A DNA stretch of 64,000 bases from Nitrospinales bacterium (GTDB lineage Bacteria > Nitrospinota > Nitrospinia > Nitrospinales > VA-1), in contig CBDCWG010000012.1 of assembly GCA_965223345.1 (NCBI GenBank), positions 2,336,001-2,400,000 of the forward strand, in the 5' to 3' direction. The notes beneath the pieces are model-generated. The model had not been told where the DNA came from and did no database searches. It worked only from the letters and a program-made list of their open reading frames with translations. Below, piece after piece: positions 51,073-62,028 of the stretch (the first letter of the stretch is position 1; each line of letters starts with the position of its first letter). The translations under genes were made by a program, and so were the position numbers.

Positions 51073-53424
51073 TCACGCTCCCTTATCGTCCGCCCAGGAG
51101 GCGGCGAGAAGCTGGCCGAGAGACAGGCCGCCGTCGTTGGGCGGGATGTGTTGATGCCAGAACGGCTCGCATCCCTCCTGACGCAGCCGCTGCACGGTGC
51201 GTTCGGTGAGGTAGTGGTTCTGAAAGCAGCCGCCTGTGAGGACGACGCGCCGGGCTGCCGTGCGTTTCGCCACGGTGACGATGGCTTCCGTCAGCGCATT
51301 GTGGAAGCGCACCGCGATGCGCTCGCGCGGCACATCGGCGGCAACATCCTGCCGCAGGGCCTGAATGAGGGAAAAGCCGTCGAGTTGGTATCGGAGGTTC
51401 CAGTCATAGCGAATGCCGCCACGGCTGAGTGTTTTTTCCTCAGTGGGCGGTGTCTTTACCTTTTCGAGTGGAAACGGATAAGCTTCCTCAACAACGCTTT
51501 CGGGCAGCGCGAATTCCAGCTCCATCGCCGCCTGTCCCTCGTAGCTGCAACGGTCGCGGATGCCGCAGAGCGCCGCCGCCGCATCGAACAGGCGGCCGAT
51601 GCTGGAGGTTTTCGGGCACTGAATGTTTTTCTCCAGCATGGTTTTTAGAACGCGTGATTCATCTGTTAAAAACTTTTCTGCGATTTCAGGCAGGGTGAAG
51701 ACTTCGCTTCCTATATGCTCGAACAAGAGGCCCAGGGCGGTGCGCCGGGGTTCGCGCATCGCCGCTTCTCCGCCGGGCAGGGCAAACGGAGCCAGTGTGG
51801 CGATGCGGTGAAAACGGCGCGCATCGACCGCAAAAAACTCGCCGCCCCAGAGCGTGCCGTCCAGCCCGTATCCCGATCCGTCCCAGGCCACGGCCAGGAG
51901 CGGGCCCTGCAGGTTGTGGTCCGCCATGCAGGACAACACGTGGGCGGCGTGGTGCTGCACCGGCAGGCAGGCAACGCCGCTCGCCTCGGCCCATTGGCTG
52001 GACGCGTACCCGGGATGCAAATCCCGCACGATGACGGAAGGGGTGATGCCGTGAAAAACCATGCAGGCGTTCAACGTGTTTTCAAACGTGGCGAAGGTTT
52101 GCGTGCTGTCGAGGTCGCCGATGTGCGGGTTGACCACCGCATGGCCGCCTGTCTGCAAGGCCACGGTGTTTTTCAGGTGGCCGCCCACCGCAAGGGCTGC
52201 GTCTCCTTTCAGCGCGAACGGGGCCGGCGCGTACCCGCGGGCGCGGCGCAGCACCTGCGCTTCATCCAGGATCACGCGCACGATGGAATCGTCCACCGGG
52301 CGCACGATGGGCCGGTCGTGCACGAGAAACAAATCGGCGATTCCGTTCAGGCGCTGCAGCGCTTCGCGTTCGTCGGTGCACAAACTTTCATCGCTGCGGT
52401 TGCCGCTGGTGGCCACCACAGGTGTTTGTAAAATTCGCATGAGGATGTGATGCAGCGGCGTATAAGGAAGCAGAGCGCCCAGACAGGGATTGCCCGGAGC
52501 CAACGGCGCGGCGATGGGAGTTTGCGTTGATCTCTTCGACTCGGGATGTCTGCGCAGCAATACGATGGGCGCAGCCGGTGACGTTAACAGTTCTTGTTCC
52601 AATTCGGAAACCGCGCAGTGTTCCTCGATCGATTGCAGCGAAGGGAACAGGAGCGCCAGCGGTTTTTCCTCCCGCTGTTTGCGTTTGCGAAGTTTTTGGA
52701 CTGCATGTTCATTTCCTGCATCCACAATGAGGTGAAAACCGCCGAGCCCTTTGACGGCGACCACCGCGCCCTTGCGGATTGCCGCGGCGGCCTGTTCGAG
52801 CGCCGCGTGTTTTTGCGCTATAACAGCGCCGTGCGCGTCCCACAGCGCCGCCTGCGGGCCGCAGTCCGGGCAGGCGATGGGCTGGGCGTGGAATCGGCGG
52901 TCGCCGGGATTTGTGTACTCGTTCCCGCAGGCCCGGCACATCGGGAATGTTTTCATCGAAGTGCGCGGGCGGTCGTACGGCAGCGATTCGACGATGCTGT
53001 AACGCGGTCCGCACAGTGTGCAGTTGGTGAAGGGATAGAGATGACGCCGATCCTGTGGATCGAACACTTCACGCAGGCAGGCTTCGCAGACTGCGAGATC
53101 AGGGAGCACCGACGTGGACGGGGAGGCGGCGACGCCGCTGGATTGAATTTCAAACCCGGTCTCTCCGGTGGGCTTTAGATACGCGGATCGAAACGCTTCG
53201 ATGCGGGCCTGCGGCGGGCATTCCTTGCGCAGGCGGTGCACAAAGCGTCGCAGGCTCGGGGAGCGGCCTTCCGCCTCGATTGTGATTCCTTCAGGTGTGT
53301 TCTGAATCAAGCCCGCAAGTTTGAGTTCTTGCGCCAGACGGTACACGAAGGGACGAAACCCCATGCCCTGCACCGTGCCGGCGAGGGAGATGCGAATCCG
53401 CTGCAGTGGGGTCTCGACTTTCAC
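51073..53424 (-). CDS. hypF: Carbamoyltransferase HypF
   Basis: GTVQGMGFRPF acylphosphatase domain, two Zn fingers, KGLGGFHL, QHHAAH, PPNDGGLSLGQ. Confidence 0.96.
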   Translation of the reverse strand: MKVETPLQRIRISLAGTVQGMGFRPFVYRLAQELKLAGLIQNTPEGITIEAEGRSPSLRRFVHRLRKECPPQARIEAFRSAYLKPTGETGFEIQSSGVAASPSTSVLPDLAVCEACLREVFDPQDRRHLYPFTNCTLCGPRYSIVESLPYDRPRTSMKTFPMCRACGNEYTNPGDRRFHAQPIACPDCGPQAALWDAHGAVIAQKHAALEQAAAAIRKGAVVAVKGLGGFHLIVDAGNEHAVQKLRKRKQREEKPLALLFPSLQSIEEHCAVSELEQELLTSPAAPIVLLRRHPESKRSTQTPIAAPLAPGNPCLGALLPYTPLHHILMRILQTPVVATSGNRSDESLCTDEREALQRLNGIADLFLVHDRPIVRPVDDSIVRVILDEAQVLRRARGYAPAPFALKGDAALAVGGHLKNTVALQTGGHAVVNPHIGDLDSTQTFATFENTLNACMVFHGITPSVIVRDLHPGYASSQWAEASGVACLPVQHHAAHVLSCMADHNLQGPLLAVAWDGSGYGLDGTLWGGEFFAVDARRFHRIATLAPFALPGGEAAMREPRRTALGLLFEHIGSEVFTLPEIAEKFLTDESRVLKTMLEKNIQCPKTSSIGRLFDAAAALCGIRDRCSYEGQAAMELEFALPESVVEEAYPFPLEKVKTPPTEEKTLSRGGIRYDWNLRYQLDGFSLIQALRQDVAADVPRERIAVRFHNALTEAIVTVAKRTAARRVVLTGGCFQNHYLTERTVQRLRQEGCEPFWHQHIPPNDGGLSLGQLLAASWADDKGA

Positions 53425-53427
53425 GGT

Positions 53428-53691
53428 TCATTCCCCGATGTCAACGCTGTCCAGCAGGATCTCCTGCGCGTTGGGATCGTGGATGTCTTCGAGCAGTTCG
53501 ACTTCGAGCTGCGCGTTTTCCGCACAGGTTCCCGCCGCCGCCTGCACGAAATGCTCGCGGAAATGTTCGGGGGAGATGTGCGCCAGCGCGCCGAGTTTGA
53601 CTCTCACGTTCACGATGCGTTTTGCGTCCTGATCGGCGGCGATGGATTGGATTTTATTCATCAAGTCTGTCATCAAAGACTGTTCGTGCAT
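53428..53691 (-). CDS. hypA: Short HypA nickel chaperone lacking the Zn-binding domain
   Basis: MHE N-terminus, V.V.LGAL, GT.AE.A.L.VE; no CxxC motifs; 87 aa. Confidence 0.85.
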   Translation of the reverse strand: MHEQSLMTDLMNKIQSIAADQDAKRIVNVRVKLGALAHISPEHFREHFVQAAAGTCAENAQLEVELLEDIHDPNAQEILLDSVDIGE

Positions 53692-53701
53692 GTGCGTTCT
53701 C

Positions 53702-54196
53702 TCAGGCTACAGGTTGAGCGAGTTGGGTGAGTTCCGCGACGACCGCCGCCATGCTTTGTTCCACTTCAGCGGACAGCGCTTCACCGGGATCGAAACTTTT
53801 TCCCTCGATGCCGATGATCTCGAGCGAACGCGGCAGCCGGTCCAGCGACCGCGCCAGTTCCACGGCTTCGGCCAGCCCGAGGTTGTGGGTCGAGCAGGAA
53901 AACAGGTGCGAGGGAATCGTCTGCTTGCGCGCGTCGATGTGGTGCACCGTCCCCGCTGCGGCTCCGGAGGAAACCGCGTCCACGATCACCACACGGCCGT
54001 CGGGTTGCCAGCAATCCATCAGGGTTGTGCCCTCGCCGTTGTGTTCGATGATCTCTGCGTTTTTCAGCCCCATTGTCTTTAGTTGGCGGACGATGAGGAT
54101 GCCCGCGGCGTCGTCGCTGCGGTATGCGTTGCCGATGCCGATGATCGTGAGCGGCGCGGCGGTCTCCTGCTGATTGCCGATGTGTTGAAAGCGCAT
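53702..54196 (-). CDS. Hydrogenase maturation endopeptidase
   Basis: IGIGNAYRSDDAAG, IVDAV, STH. Confidence 0.93.
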   Translation of the reverse strand: MRFQHIGNQQETAAPLTIIGIGNAYRSDDAAGILIVRQLKTMGLKNAEIIEHNGEGTTLMDCWQPDGRVVIVDAVSSGAAAGTVHHIDARKQTIPSHLFSCSTHNLGLAEAVELARSLDRLPRSLEIIGIEGKSFDPGEALSAEVEQSMAAVVAELTQLAQPVA

Positions 54197-54199
54197 CGT

Positions 54200-55469
<1,270 letters not shown>

Positions 55470-55495
<26 letters not shown>

Positions 55496-56270
55496 GATAC
55501 TCGCTTTCCCTGCGGAAGGCGTCCGCCGAGGCGTTGAAATTGCGGAACAGCCGCATCAGTTCGTCGTTGTCCGAACCGTGGTGCTGCATCCATTCGCTCA
55601 AAGATCCCGTGTTGGGGGTTTCCTTGGGGCCGAAACAACCGAAACAGCCCCGGTTGTAGCCCGGGCACAGCGCATCGCAGCCCGCGTGCGTCACCGGACC
55701 GAGGCAGGGCGTGCCCTGCGCCACCATCACGCACACGGTGCCCTGGCGCTTGCATTCGATGCAGGTGCTGTGCGCCGGCGTGTTGGGTTTGCGGTCCGCG
55801 AGATAGGCGCTGATCACTTCCACCAGCTGCATCTTGTTGATGGGGCAGCCGCGCAGCTCGAAATCCACTTTCACATGGTCGCCGATCGGGGTGGACTTTT
55901 TCAACGTCTCGATGTAATCGGGAACCGCGTACACGATCGACAAAAATTCCTGCACATCCTTGAAGTTTCTCAGAGCCTGGATGCCGCCGGCCGTGGCGCA
56001 CGCGCCGATGGTGACGAGAAACTTCGACGACCGGCGGATCTGGTGGATACGCTCTTCATCGTGCGGCGTGGTGATGGAGCCTTCCACGAGGGAGAGATCG
56101 TAGGGCCCCGCGACCACCGCCTTCGAGGCCTCGGGAAAGTTGGCGATCTGGATCTCCGCCGCCACCGCCAGTAGTTCGTCCTCGCAGTCGAGCAGGCTCA
56201 ACTGGCAGCCGTCGCAGGAAGCGAACTTCCAGACCGCGAGCTTGGGTTTTGCCCTCTGTCGCACCTTCAC
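55470..56270 (-). CDS. hyhS: Group 3b [NiFe]-hydrogenase small (delta) subunit
   Basis: [42 protein letters not shown] at 56270 overlaps the upstream stop. Confidence 0.93.
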
Positions 56271-57106
56271 ATCTCCCTGATCTCGAGAAACCGTTTCAGT
56301 TTGTCGTAAGTGAACACCGGGCCGTCCTTGCAGATGAAGGCCGGTCCCAACTGGCAGTGGCCGCAGAATCCGATGGCGCACTTCATGTTGCGCTCCATCA
56401 TCAGGTAAATCCGCTCGTCGGCGACGCCCATCTGTTTCAGTTCGCGGATGGAATAGCGCATCATGATTTCCGGGCCGCACAGCAGCGCGACGGTGTGCTC
56501 CGGGTCGAACGACACGCGCGGCAGCAGCGTGGTGACCACGCCGACGTTGCCCTGCCAGCTGCGGTCGGCGGTGTCCACGGTCACTTTGACCTGGATGCCG
56601 TATCCGCCGCGCCAGGTGGCGAACTCTTTGGCGAACAGCAGGTCCTGCGGGGACCGCGCCCCGTAGAGCAGGGAAATATCGCCGAATTTTTCGCGCTGGC
56701 GCAAAAGCGCCTGCACCGCCGGGCGCAGCGGCGCCATGCCGACGCCGCCCGCTAGGATCACGATGTCGTTGCCGAACGTGTCTTCCGCGCGCCAGGGTGT
56801 GCCGAAGGGACCGCGCAAACCCACGGTGTGTCCGGGCTGCAAGCGCCGCAGCGCGCGGGTGACGGTGCCCACTTCCCGGATGGTGTGCAGCACGCCTTCG
56901 CTGAAGCGGGAGCCGCCGCTGATCGAAATGGGCACTTCCCCTGTGCCGAAGGCGTACAGCATGTTGAACTGGCCGGGCAGCAGCTCGGCGTCGCAGGCGG
57001 CTTCTTTCGGCATCAGTTTCAGGGAAAACGTGTCGTGGGTTTCCCGGATCACCTGTTTGACCTCAAACGGAATCGGCACCATCGGCGCGGGGTTGACGGT
57101 TTCCAT
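56267..57106 (-). CDS. hyhG: Group 3b hydrogenase gamma subunit (FAD/NAD(P), 2Fe-2S)
   Basis: [43 protein letters not shown]...CKDGPV. Confidence 0.93.
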   Translation of the reverse strand: METVNPAPMVPIPFEVKQVIRETHDTFSLKLMPKEAACDAELLPGQFNMLYAFGTGEVPISISGGSRFSEGVLHTIREVGTVTRALRRLQPGHTVGLRGPFGTPWRAEDTFGNDIVILAGGVGMAPLRPAVQALLRQREKFGDISLLYGARSPQDLLFAKEFATWRGGYGIQVKVTVDTADRSWQGNVGVVTTLLPRVSFDPEHTVALLCGPEIMMRYSIRELKQMGVADERIYLMMERNMKCAIGFCGHCQLGPAFICKDGPVFTYDKLKRFLEIREM

Positions 57107-57109
57107 ATT

Positions 57110-57574
57110 TTACGAATGCTGGATGCCGTAGACATCCAGCAGCTGATGTTGCGTCGATTCCATGGCTCTGCCGATCACCGGCAGCAGCCGGCTGAGGAGC
57201 TCGTAGCCCAGGCTGTGGTCCTGCTGGCATTTGTTGCGCAGGCATTTGCCGTCCAGGGCGATGGCCCGCGTCAGCTCCACCGCGCGTGCGTCGAAATGCC
57301 AGTGATACGGGGGAACCAGCCAGGACCAGCCGAGGATTTCGCCGTCGCTCAGGGTCTGCACCGTGATGGGTTGCTTGCCCGGCGGGCACAGTTCCAGAGC
57401 CACCTTGCCCTGGCGCAGAATGTAAAAGGTGTCGGCCTCTTCGTCCTGTTGAAACACCATCGCGCCCGCATCGAAGCGGACGTTGGACGCACAGCCGGTG
57501 ACGATCGACAAATGCGCGGGTTCCAGGTTCTTGAAAAAAGGGTGCTCCGCGAGAATGGGTTCCAGAGTTTTCAT
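57110..57574 (-). CDS. Stand-alone cyclic-nucleotide-binding domain protein
   Basis: [29 protein letters not shown]; no HTH. Confidence 0.88.
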   Translation of the reverse strand: MKTLEPILAEHPFFKNLEPAHLSIVTGCASNVRFDAGAMVFQQDEEADTFYILRQGKVALELCPPGKQPITVQTLSDGEILGWSWLVPPYHWHFDARAVELTRAIALDGKCLRNKCQQDHSLGYELLSRLLPVIGRAMESTQHQLLDVYGIQHS

Positions 57575-57593
57575 GGCGGTTCTCGATCGGTTT

Positions 57594-58730
57594 TCAGGGT
57601 TCCTGCCGCGCCTCTTTGGGTTCGCGCAGGGTCTTCACTTCTTCGGTCAGGTCGATGCCTACGGGGCACCAGGTGATGCACCGCCCGCAGCCCACACAGC
57701 CCGACGAGCCGAACTGGTCGATCCAGCTTCCGAGCTTGTGGGTCAGCCATTGGCGGTAGCGCGATTGGGTCGAACTGCGCACGCTGCCGCCGTGCAGATA
57801 GGAAAAATCCAGCGTGAAGCAGGAGTCCCATTTCTGCCAGCGCTCCGCATGGTCGCCGGTGACGTCGGTGACGTCCTCCACCGTCGAGCAGAAACAGGTG
57901 GGGCACACCATCGTGCAGTTGGCGCAGGAGAGGCAGCGCTGCGCCACTTTCTCCCATGCGGGATGATCGTGGTTTTGGTAAAGCAGCTCCTGGATGCCCG
58001 TGGTGTCCAGGGTGCGTCCCATCTGCGCCGCCGCCCGGTCCACCCGCTCGTTGGCTGCGGACACTTCATCCGTTTCGGCTTTGCGGTGCGGCACCGATTC
58101 CAGGATGCGGACGCCCGCAGCGGTGCCGGCGGTGACGATGAAATGATGCCGCCCTTCCTGCAGGACCTCGGTGAGGGACAGGTCGAACCCTTCCTGCACC
58201 TGCGGCCCGGTGTTCATGGAAACGCAGAAACAGGTGTTCGCCGCCTGCGTGCAGTTGACCGCAACCAGGAACAATTGCTGCCGCTGCAGCTTGTAAAACG
58301 GATTCTGGATTTCGCCGCCCAGAAACACCGCATCCTGAATCGCGATGGCGTTCAGTTCGCAGGCGCGCACGCCGATGAACGCGACCTTTCCGGGCGTCGT
58401 TTCCTCGGGGACGATGTCAAAACCGTCTCCCGTTTTCTCCGCCCGCCACAACCGCTTTGCGGGAGGGTCGAGAAACCGTTTCCAGGAGTGCGGACCCACC
58501 GTGAAACCGAACAGGGCGGCGTCGTTTCTTTTTTTCAGGCGGTAACAGCCCGCCTCCTGCTCTTCCGTCCAGCCCTGCGGCAGGTCTTCCACAGAATTCA
58601 AATCAGAATACACGATTGCCCCATCGCGCACGGTGGGACCGACCAGCCGATGGTCCGATTGGGTCAGCGATTCGAACAACGCATTCAGATCCTGCCTCTC
58701 CACCCGAACCGCTTCGTTCACTTCTGGCAT
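57594..58730 (-). CDS. hyhB: Group 3b hydrogenase beta subunit (4Fe-4S)
   Basis: [47 protein letters not shown]. Confidence 0.93.
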   Translation of the reverse strand: MPEVNEAVRVERQDLNALFESLTQSDHRLVGPTVRDGAIVYSDLNSVEDLPQGWTEEQEAGCYRLKKRNDAALFGFTVGPHSWKRFLDPPAKRLWRAEKTGDGFDIVPEETTPGKVAFIGVRACELNAIAIQDAVFLGGEIQNPFYKLQRQQLFLVAVNCTQAANTCFCVSMNTGPQVQEGFDLSLTEVLQEGRHHFIVTAGTAAGVRILESVPHRKAETDEVSAANERVDRAAAQMGRTLDTTGIQELLYQNHDHPAWEKVAQRCLSCANCTMVCPTCFCSTVEDVTDVTGDHAERWQKWDSCFTLDFSYLHGGSVRSSTQSRYRQWLTHKLGSWIDQFGSSGCVGCGRCITWCPVGIDLTEEVKTLREPKEARQEP

Positions 58731-59050
58731 GAAAATTCCTCTTTTTCCCGGACCCGTTGACTCCCTGCGCGACCGCGCATTCGTGATCCGCTATTATGGC
58801 GCACCTCGCTGCTTCCTTCTATAAAGAAGACCTTGTTGACAGCCGATTTATTCCCCCCGGAAAGGAACGGCACGCCGGTATAAACTATTTATATTTAAAT
58901 GCTTAACATCGAGTCGGGGCGTCCCGTGTGCGGCTGAAATCCGGAATAAACCGTTGTGCCGATGATCCTCTATTATGAGAGGGTTGTGTGTTTGAAAATG
59001 ATTAGATGCAACACCGCGTCCATTCTGTACGTTCACACAGGGGGCAATTT

Positions 59051-59596
59051 ATGAAAACCCTCATCGTCTATTTTTCTTATTCCGGGAACAACCGGCTGCT
59101 CGCCGAATATCTGGCTGAGCGTATCGAAGGCGACCTCTGCCCGATTGTCGAAACGAAGCGGCGCACGATGTTGACGATCATACTGGATATGCTGTTCCGG
59201 CGAACCCCGAAAATCGAAGCCCTGGAACGCTCCGTTTCGAGTTACCATCATATCGTACTCGTCGCTCCGATCTGGGATTCGAAGCTGGCGAATCCCATGA
59301 AAGCCCTGATTCGCAGCGAGAAAGGCAGCCTTTTGAGCTATTCCTTCATTTCGCTCTGCGGCTATGAGCGATCGGGACAGAAAGAAAGCATCACAATGGA
59401 ACTTTCCGCGTTGACGGGGCGCATGCCGAAAGCCGTGTGTGAACTGAAAATTGCGGATCTTTTTCCACCGGAGCGAAGGCGTGAAATCAAAACCCTTTCG
59501 AGCTATCACGCCACACGCGAAGATCTCGCTGAATTCGAACCGAAGATTGATGAATTCCTCAAACGCATTCGGTCCGATGAAGCCAGAGCCGCATGA
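59051..59596 (+). CDS. Flavodoxin-like protein
   Basis: MKTLIVYFSYSGNNRLLAE FMN-binding loop; APIW. Confidence 0.75.
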   Translation: MKTLIVYFSYSGNNRLLAEYLAERIEGDLCPIVETKRRTMLTIILDMLFRRTPKIEALERSVSSYHHIVLVAPIWDSKLANPMKALIRSEKGSLLSYSFISLCGYERSGQKESITMELSALTGRMPKAVCELKIADLFPPERRREIKTLSSYHATREDLAEFEPKIDEFLKRIRSDEARAA

Positions 59597-59673
59597 AAAG
59601 ATGCATCCGTCGCGCTCAGCAGTATAAAATGGCGTGGTAGAAAGGCGATCGTCTTTTTCAGGAAAACCGGCCC

Positions 59674-60558
59674 ATGGCCCGAATTCTCGAAAAAACCGAG
59701 CTGGCTGCGCGCGTGTTCCGCTATCTGGTTGAGGCCGCGGATATCGCGAAAAAAGCGCAGGCGGGGCAGTTTGTCATCCTGCGGCTGAATGAAACCGGGG
59801 AGCGCATTCCGGTGACCATCGCGGACTGGGACCGGGAAAAGGGCACGCTCACGTTTTTCGTGCAGGCGGTGGGCAAGACCTCCATCGAAATGAGCCGCAT
59901 GCGGGCGGGCGATGACATTCTTGACCTGGCCGGACCGCTGGGAAACCCCAGCCCGATCGACAAAGCCGGAACGGTGGTCCTGGTCGGAGGCGGCTTCGGC
60001 ATCGCCGCCATCCATCCGATCGCCCGCGCTTTCAGCGAGGCGGGCAACCGCACCGTGTCCATTTTAGGCTGCAAGAGCCGGGATGTTCTGATCCTGGAGA
60101 AGGAGATGCGCGTGGTTTCTTCGGAGGTGCGGGTCGTCACCGACGACGGCAGCCAGGGCAGGAAGGGCCTGGTCACCGACGAACTGGACGCTCTGATTGC
60201 GCAGGGCGAACGCATGGATCTGGTGATCGCCATCGGGCCGGTGGTCATGATGCAGGCGGTGGCGGACCTCACGCGTCCGCACGCGATTCCCACGCGCGTC
60301 AGCCTCAACCCGATCATGATCGACGGCACGGGGATGTGCGGCGCGTGCCGGGTGGTGGTGGATGGTCAGATGAAATTCGCCTGTGTGGACGGCCCCGAAT
60401 TCGACGCGCACCAGGTGGATTTCGCGACTCTGATCCAGCGCTTGCAGACGTATCGGCCGGAAGAGAAGGCCGCGCGCGAGCGCTACGAACATTCTCTGGA
60501 TGCGGATTGCCGGATTCAAAACCAGCTTCAGTCATCCAGTCCGGGAACGGAACCATGA
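59674..60558 (+). CDS. nfnA: NfnA/SudB-type FAD/NAD, 2Fe-2S subunit
   Basis: GQFVIL..GERIP.TIAD, GPLG, GGG.G, IMIDGTGMCGACRV, ACVDGPEFD. Confidence 0.88.
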   Translation: MARILEKTELAARVFRYLVEAADIAKKAQAGQFVILRLNETGERIPVTIADWDREKGTLTFFVQAVGKTSIEMSRMRAGDDILDLAGPLGNPSPIDKAGTVVLVGGGFGIAAIHPIARAFSEAGNRTVSILGCKSRDVLILEKEMRVVSSEVRVVTDDGSQGRKGLVTDELDALIAQGERMDLVIAIGPVVMMQAVADLTRPHAIPTRVSLNPIMIDGTGMCGACRVVVDGQMKFACVDGPEFDAHQVDFATLIQRLQTYRPEEKAARERYEHSLDADCRIQNQLQSSSPGTEP

Positions 60559-62015
60559 AAAAGGACTCCAAAAAGCGCAACAAGATCCCCCGCCAGTCCG
60601 CGCCGGAGCGGGACCCCGAGGAGCGAAGGAAGGATTTCGAAGAAGTCTCCCTGGGGTACACGCCCGCGATGGCGCGGCTGGAGGCGTCGCGCTGCCTGCA
60701 ATGCAAAAAACCCAAATGCGTGATGGGCTGCCCGGTGCGGGTGTTCATCCCCGAGTTCATCCGCCGCATCGCCGAGGGGGATTTTCTCGGCGCGGCGGAG
60801 AAGATCAAGGAGACCAATGCGCTGCCTGCGGTCACCGGCCGGGTGTGCCCGCAGGAGGACCAGTGCGAAAAACACTGCGTCATCGGGCTCAAGGGAGAGC
60901 CGGTCGCCATCGGCAAGCTGGAACGCTTCGCGGCGGATTACGAACGCAACCAGGGGAAGCGCGAAATCCCCGAGCCGGCGCCGCCCACCGGACGCAAGAT
61001 CGCCATCATCGGCGCGGGCCCGGCCGGGCTGGCGGCGGCGGGCGATCTGGCGCGGCAGGGGCACGAGGTGGTGATCTTCGAGGCGCTGCACAAACCCGGC
61101 GGGGTGCTGTTTTACGGCATTCCGCAGTTTCGCCTGCCCAAGGAGATCGTCGAGGCGGAGGTGGAGGACCTCAAACGGCTCGGGGTCACGGTGAAGCTGG
61201 ACTACGTGATCGGCGGCATCAAGAGCATCGACGAACTCATGCAGCAGGACGGTTTCCACGCTGTGTTCACCTCCACCGGGGCCGGGCTGCCGTATTTTCT
61301 CGGCATACCCGGTGAAAACCTCAACGGGGTGTACTCGGCCAACGAGTACCTCACCCGCGTGAACCTCATGCACGCCTGGGAGTTCCCGGTGTTCGACACG
61401 CCGGTGCACCAGCACAAAGTCGTGGCGCTGGTCGGCGGCGGCAACACGGCGCTCGATGCGGCGCGCACCGCGCTGCGCATTCCATCCACCGAAAAGGTGA
61501 TCGTCGTCTACCGGCGCTCGCGCGAGGAGATGCCGGCGCGCGAAGAAGAGATCCAGCACGCCAAAGAAGAGGGCATCGAATTCGAGTACCTGGCGTCGCC
61601 GGTGCGCATTCTCGGAAAAGACGGCTGGGTGTCTGCGCTGGAATGCCAGCGCATGCGGCTCGGCGAGCCCGACGCTTCGGGACGGCGGCGTCCGGAAGCC
61701 ATCCCCGGCAGCGAGTTCCAGCTTAAAGTGGATGCGGTGATCATCGCGCTGGGCAGTGGGTCCAACCCGCTGATCGCAAAAACCACGAGCGGTCTCAAAA
61801 CCGACGCCGAAGGCCACATCCAGATCGCCGATCCCGAGGTCAACCGCACCTTCAAGGAAGGCGTGTTCGCCGGCGGCGACATCGTGACCGGGGCGGCGAC
61901 GGTGATCTCCGCCATGGGAGCGGGAAAAAAGGCCGCCCAGGGCATCCATCGCTACGTCATGGGGCTGGGCAAACCGTCCCCGGCCGCAGATCCGCAACAA
62001 ACGGACCGCAATTAA
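60555..62015 (+). CDS. nfnB: NfnB/SudA-type (GltD-like) flavo-Fe-S subunit
   Basis: RCLQC...C...CP, GRVCPQEDQC...C, GAGPAG, YGIPQFRLPK, GGGNTA.D, GGDIVTGAATV; ATG at 60555 overlaps the nfnA stop. Confidence 0.88.
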   Translation: MKKDSKKRNKIPRQSAPERDPEERRKDFEEVSLGYTPAMARLEASRCLQCKKPKCVMGCPVRVFIPEFIRRIAEGDFLGAAEKIKETNALPAVTGRVCPQEDQCEKHCVIGLKGEPVAIGKLERFAADYERNQGKREIPEPAPPTGRKIAIIGAGPAGLAAAGDLARQGHEVVIFEALHKPGGVLFYGIPQFRLPKEIVEAEVEDLKRLGVTVKLDYVIGGIKSIDELMQQDGFHAVFTSTGAGLPYFLGIPGENLNGVYSANEYLTRVNLMHAWEFPVFDTPVHQHKVVALVGGGNTALDAARTALRIPSTEKVIVVYRRSREEMPAREEEIQHAKEEGIEFEYLASPVRILGKDGWVSALECQRMRLGEPDASGRRRPEAIPGSEFQLKVDAVIIALGSGSNPLIAKTTSGLKTDAEGHIQIADPEVNRTFKEGVFAGGDIVTGAATVISAMGAGKKAAQGIHRYVMGLGKPSPAADPQQTDRN

Positions 62016-62028
62016 CGCTCTCCCATCC

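Noticed and set aside
60555..62015. Glutamate synthase small subunit
   Set aside because: No gltB nearby; translationally coupled to an NfnA-type gene instead
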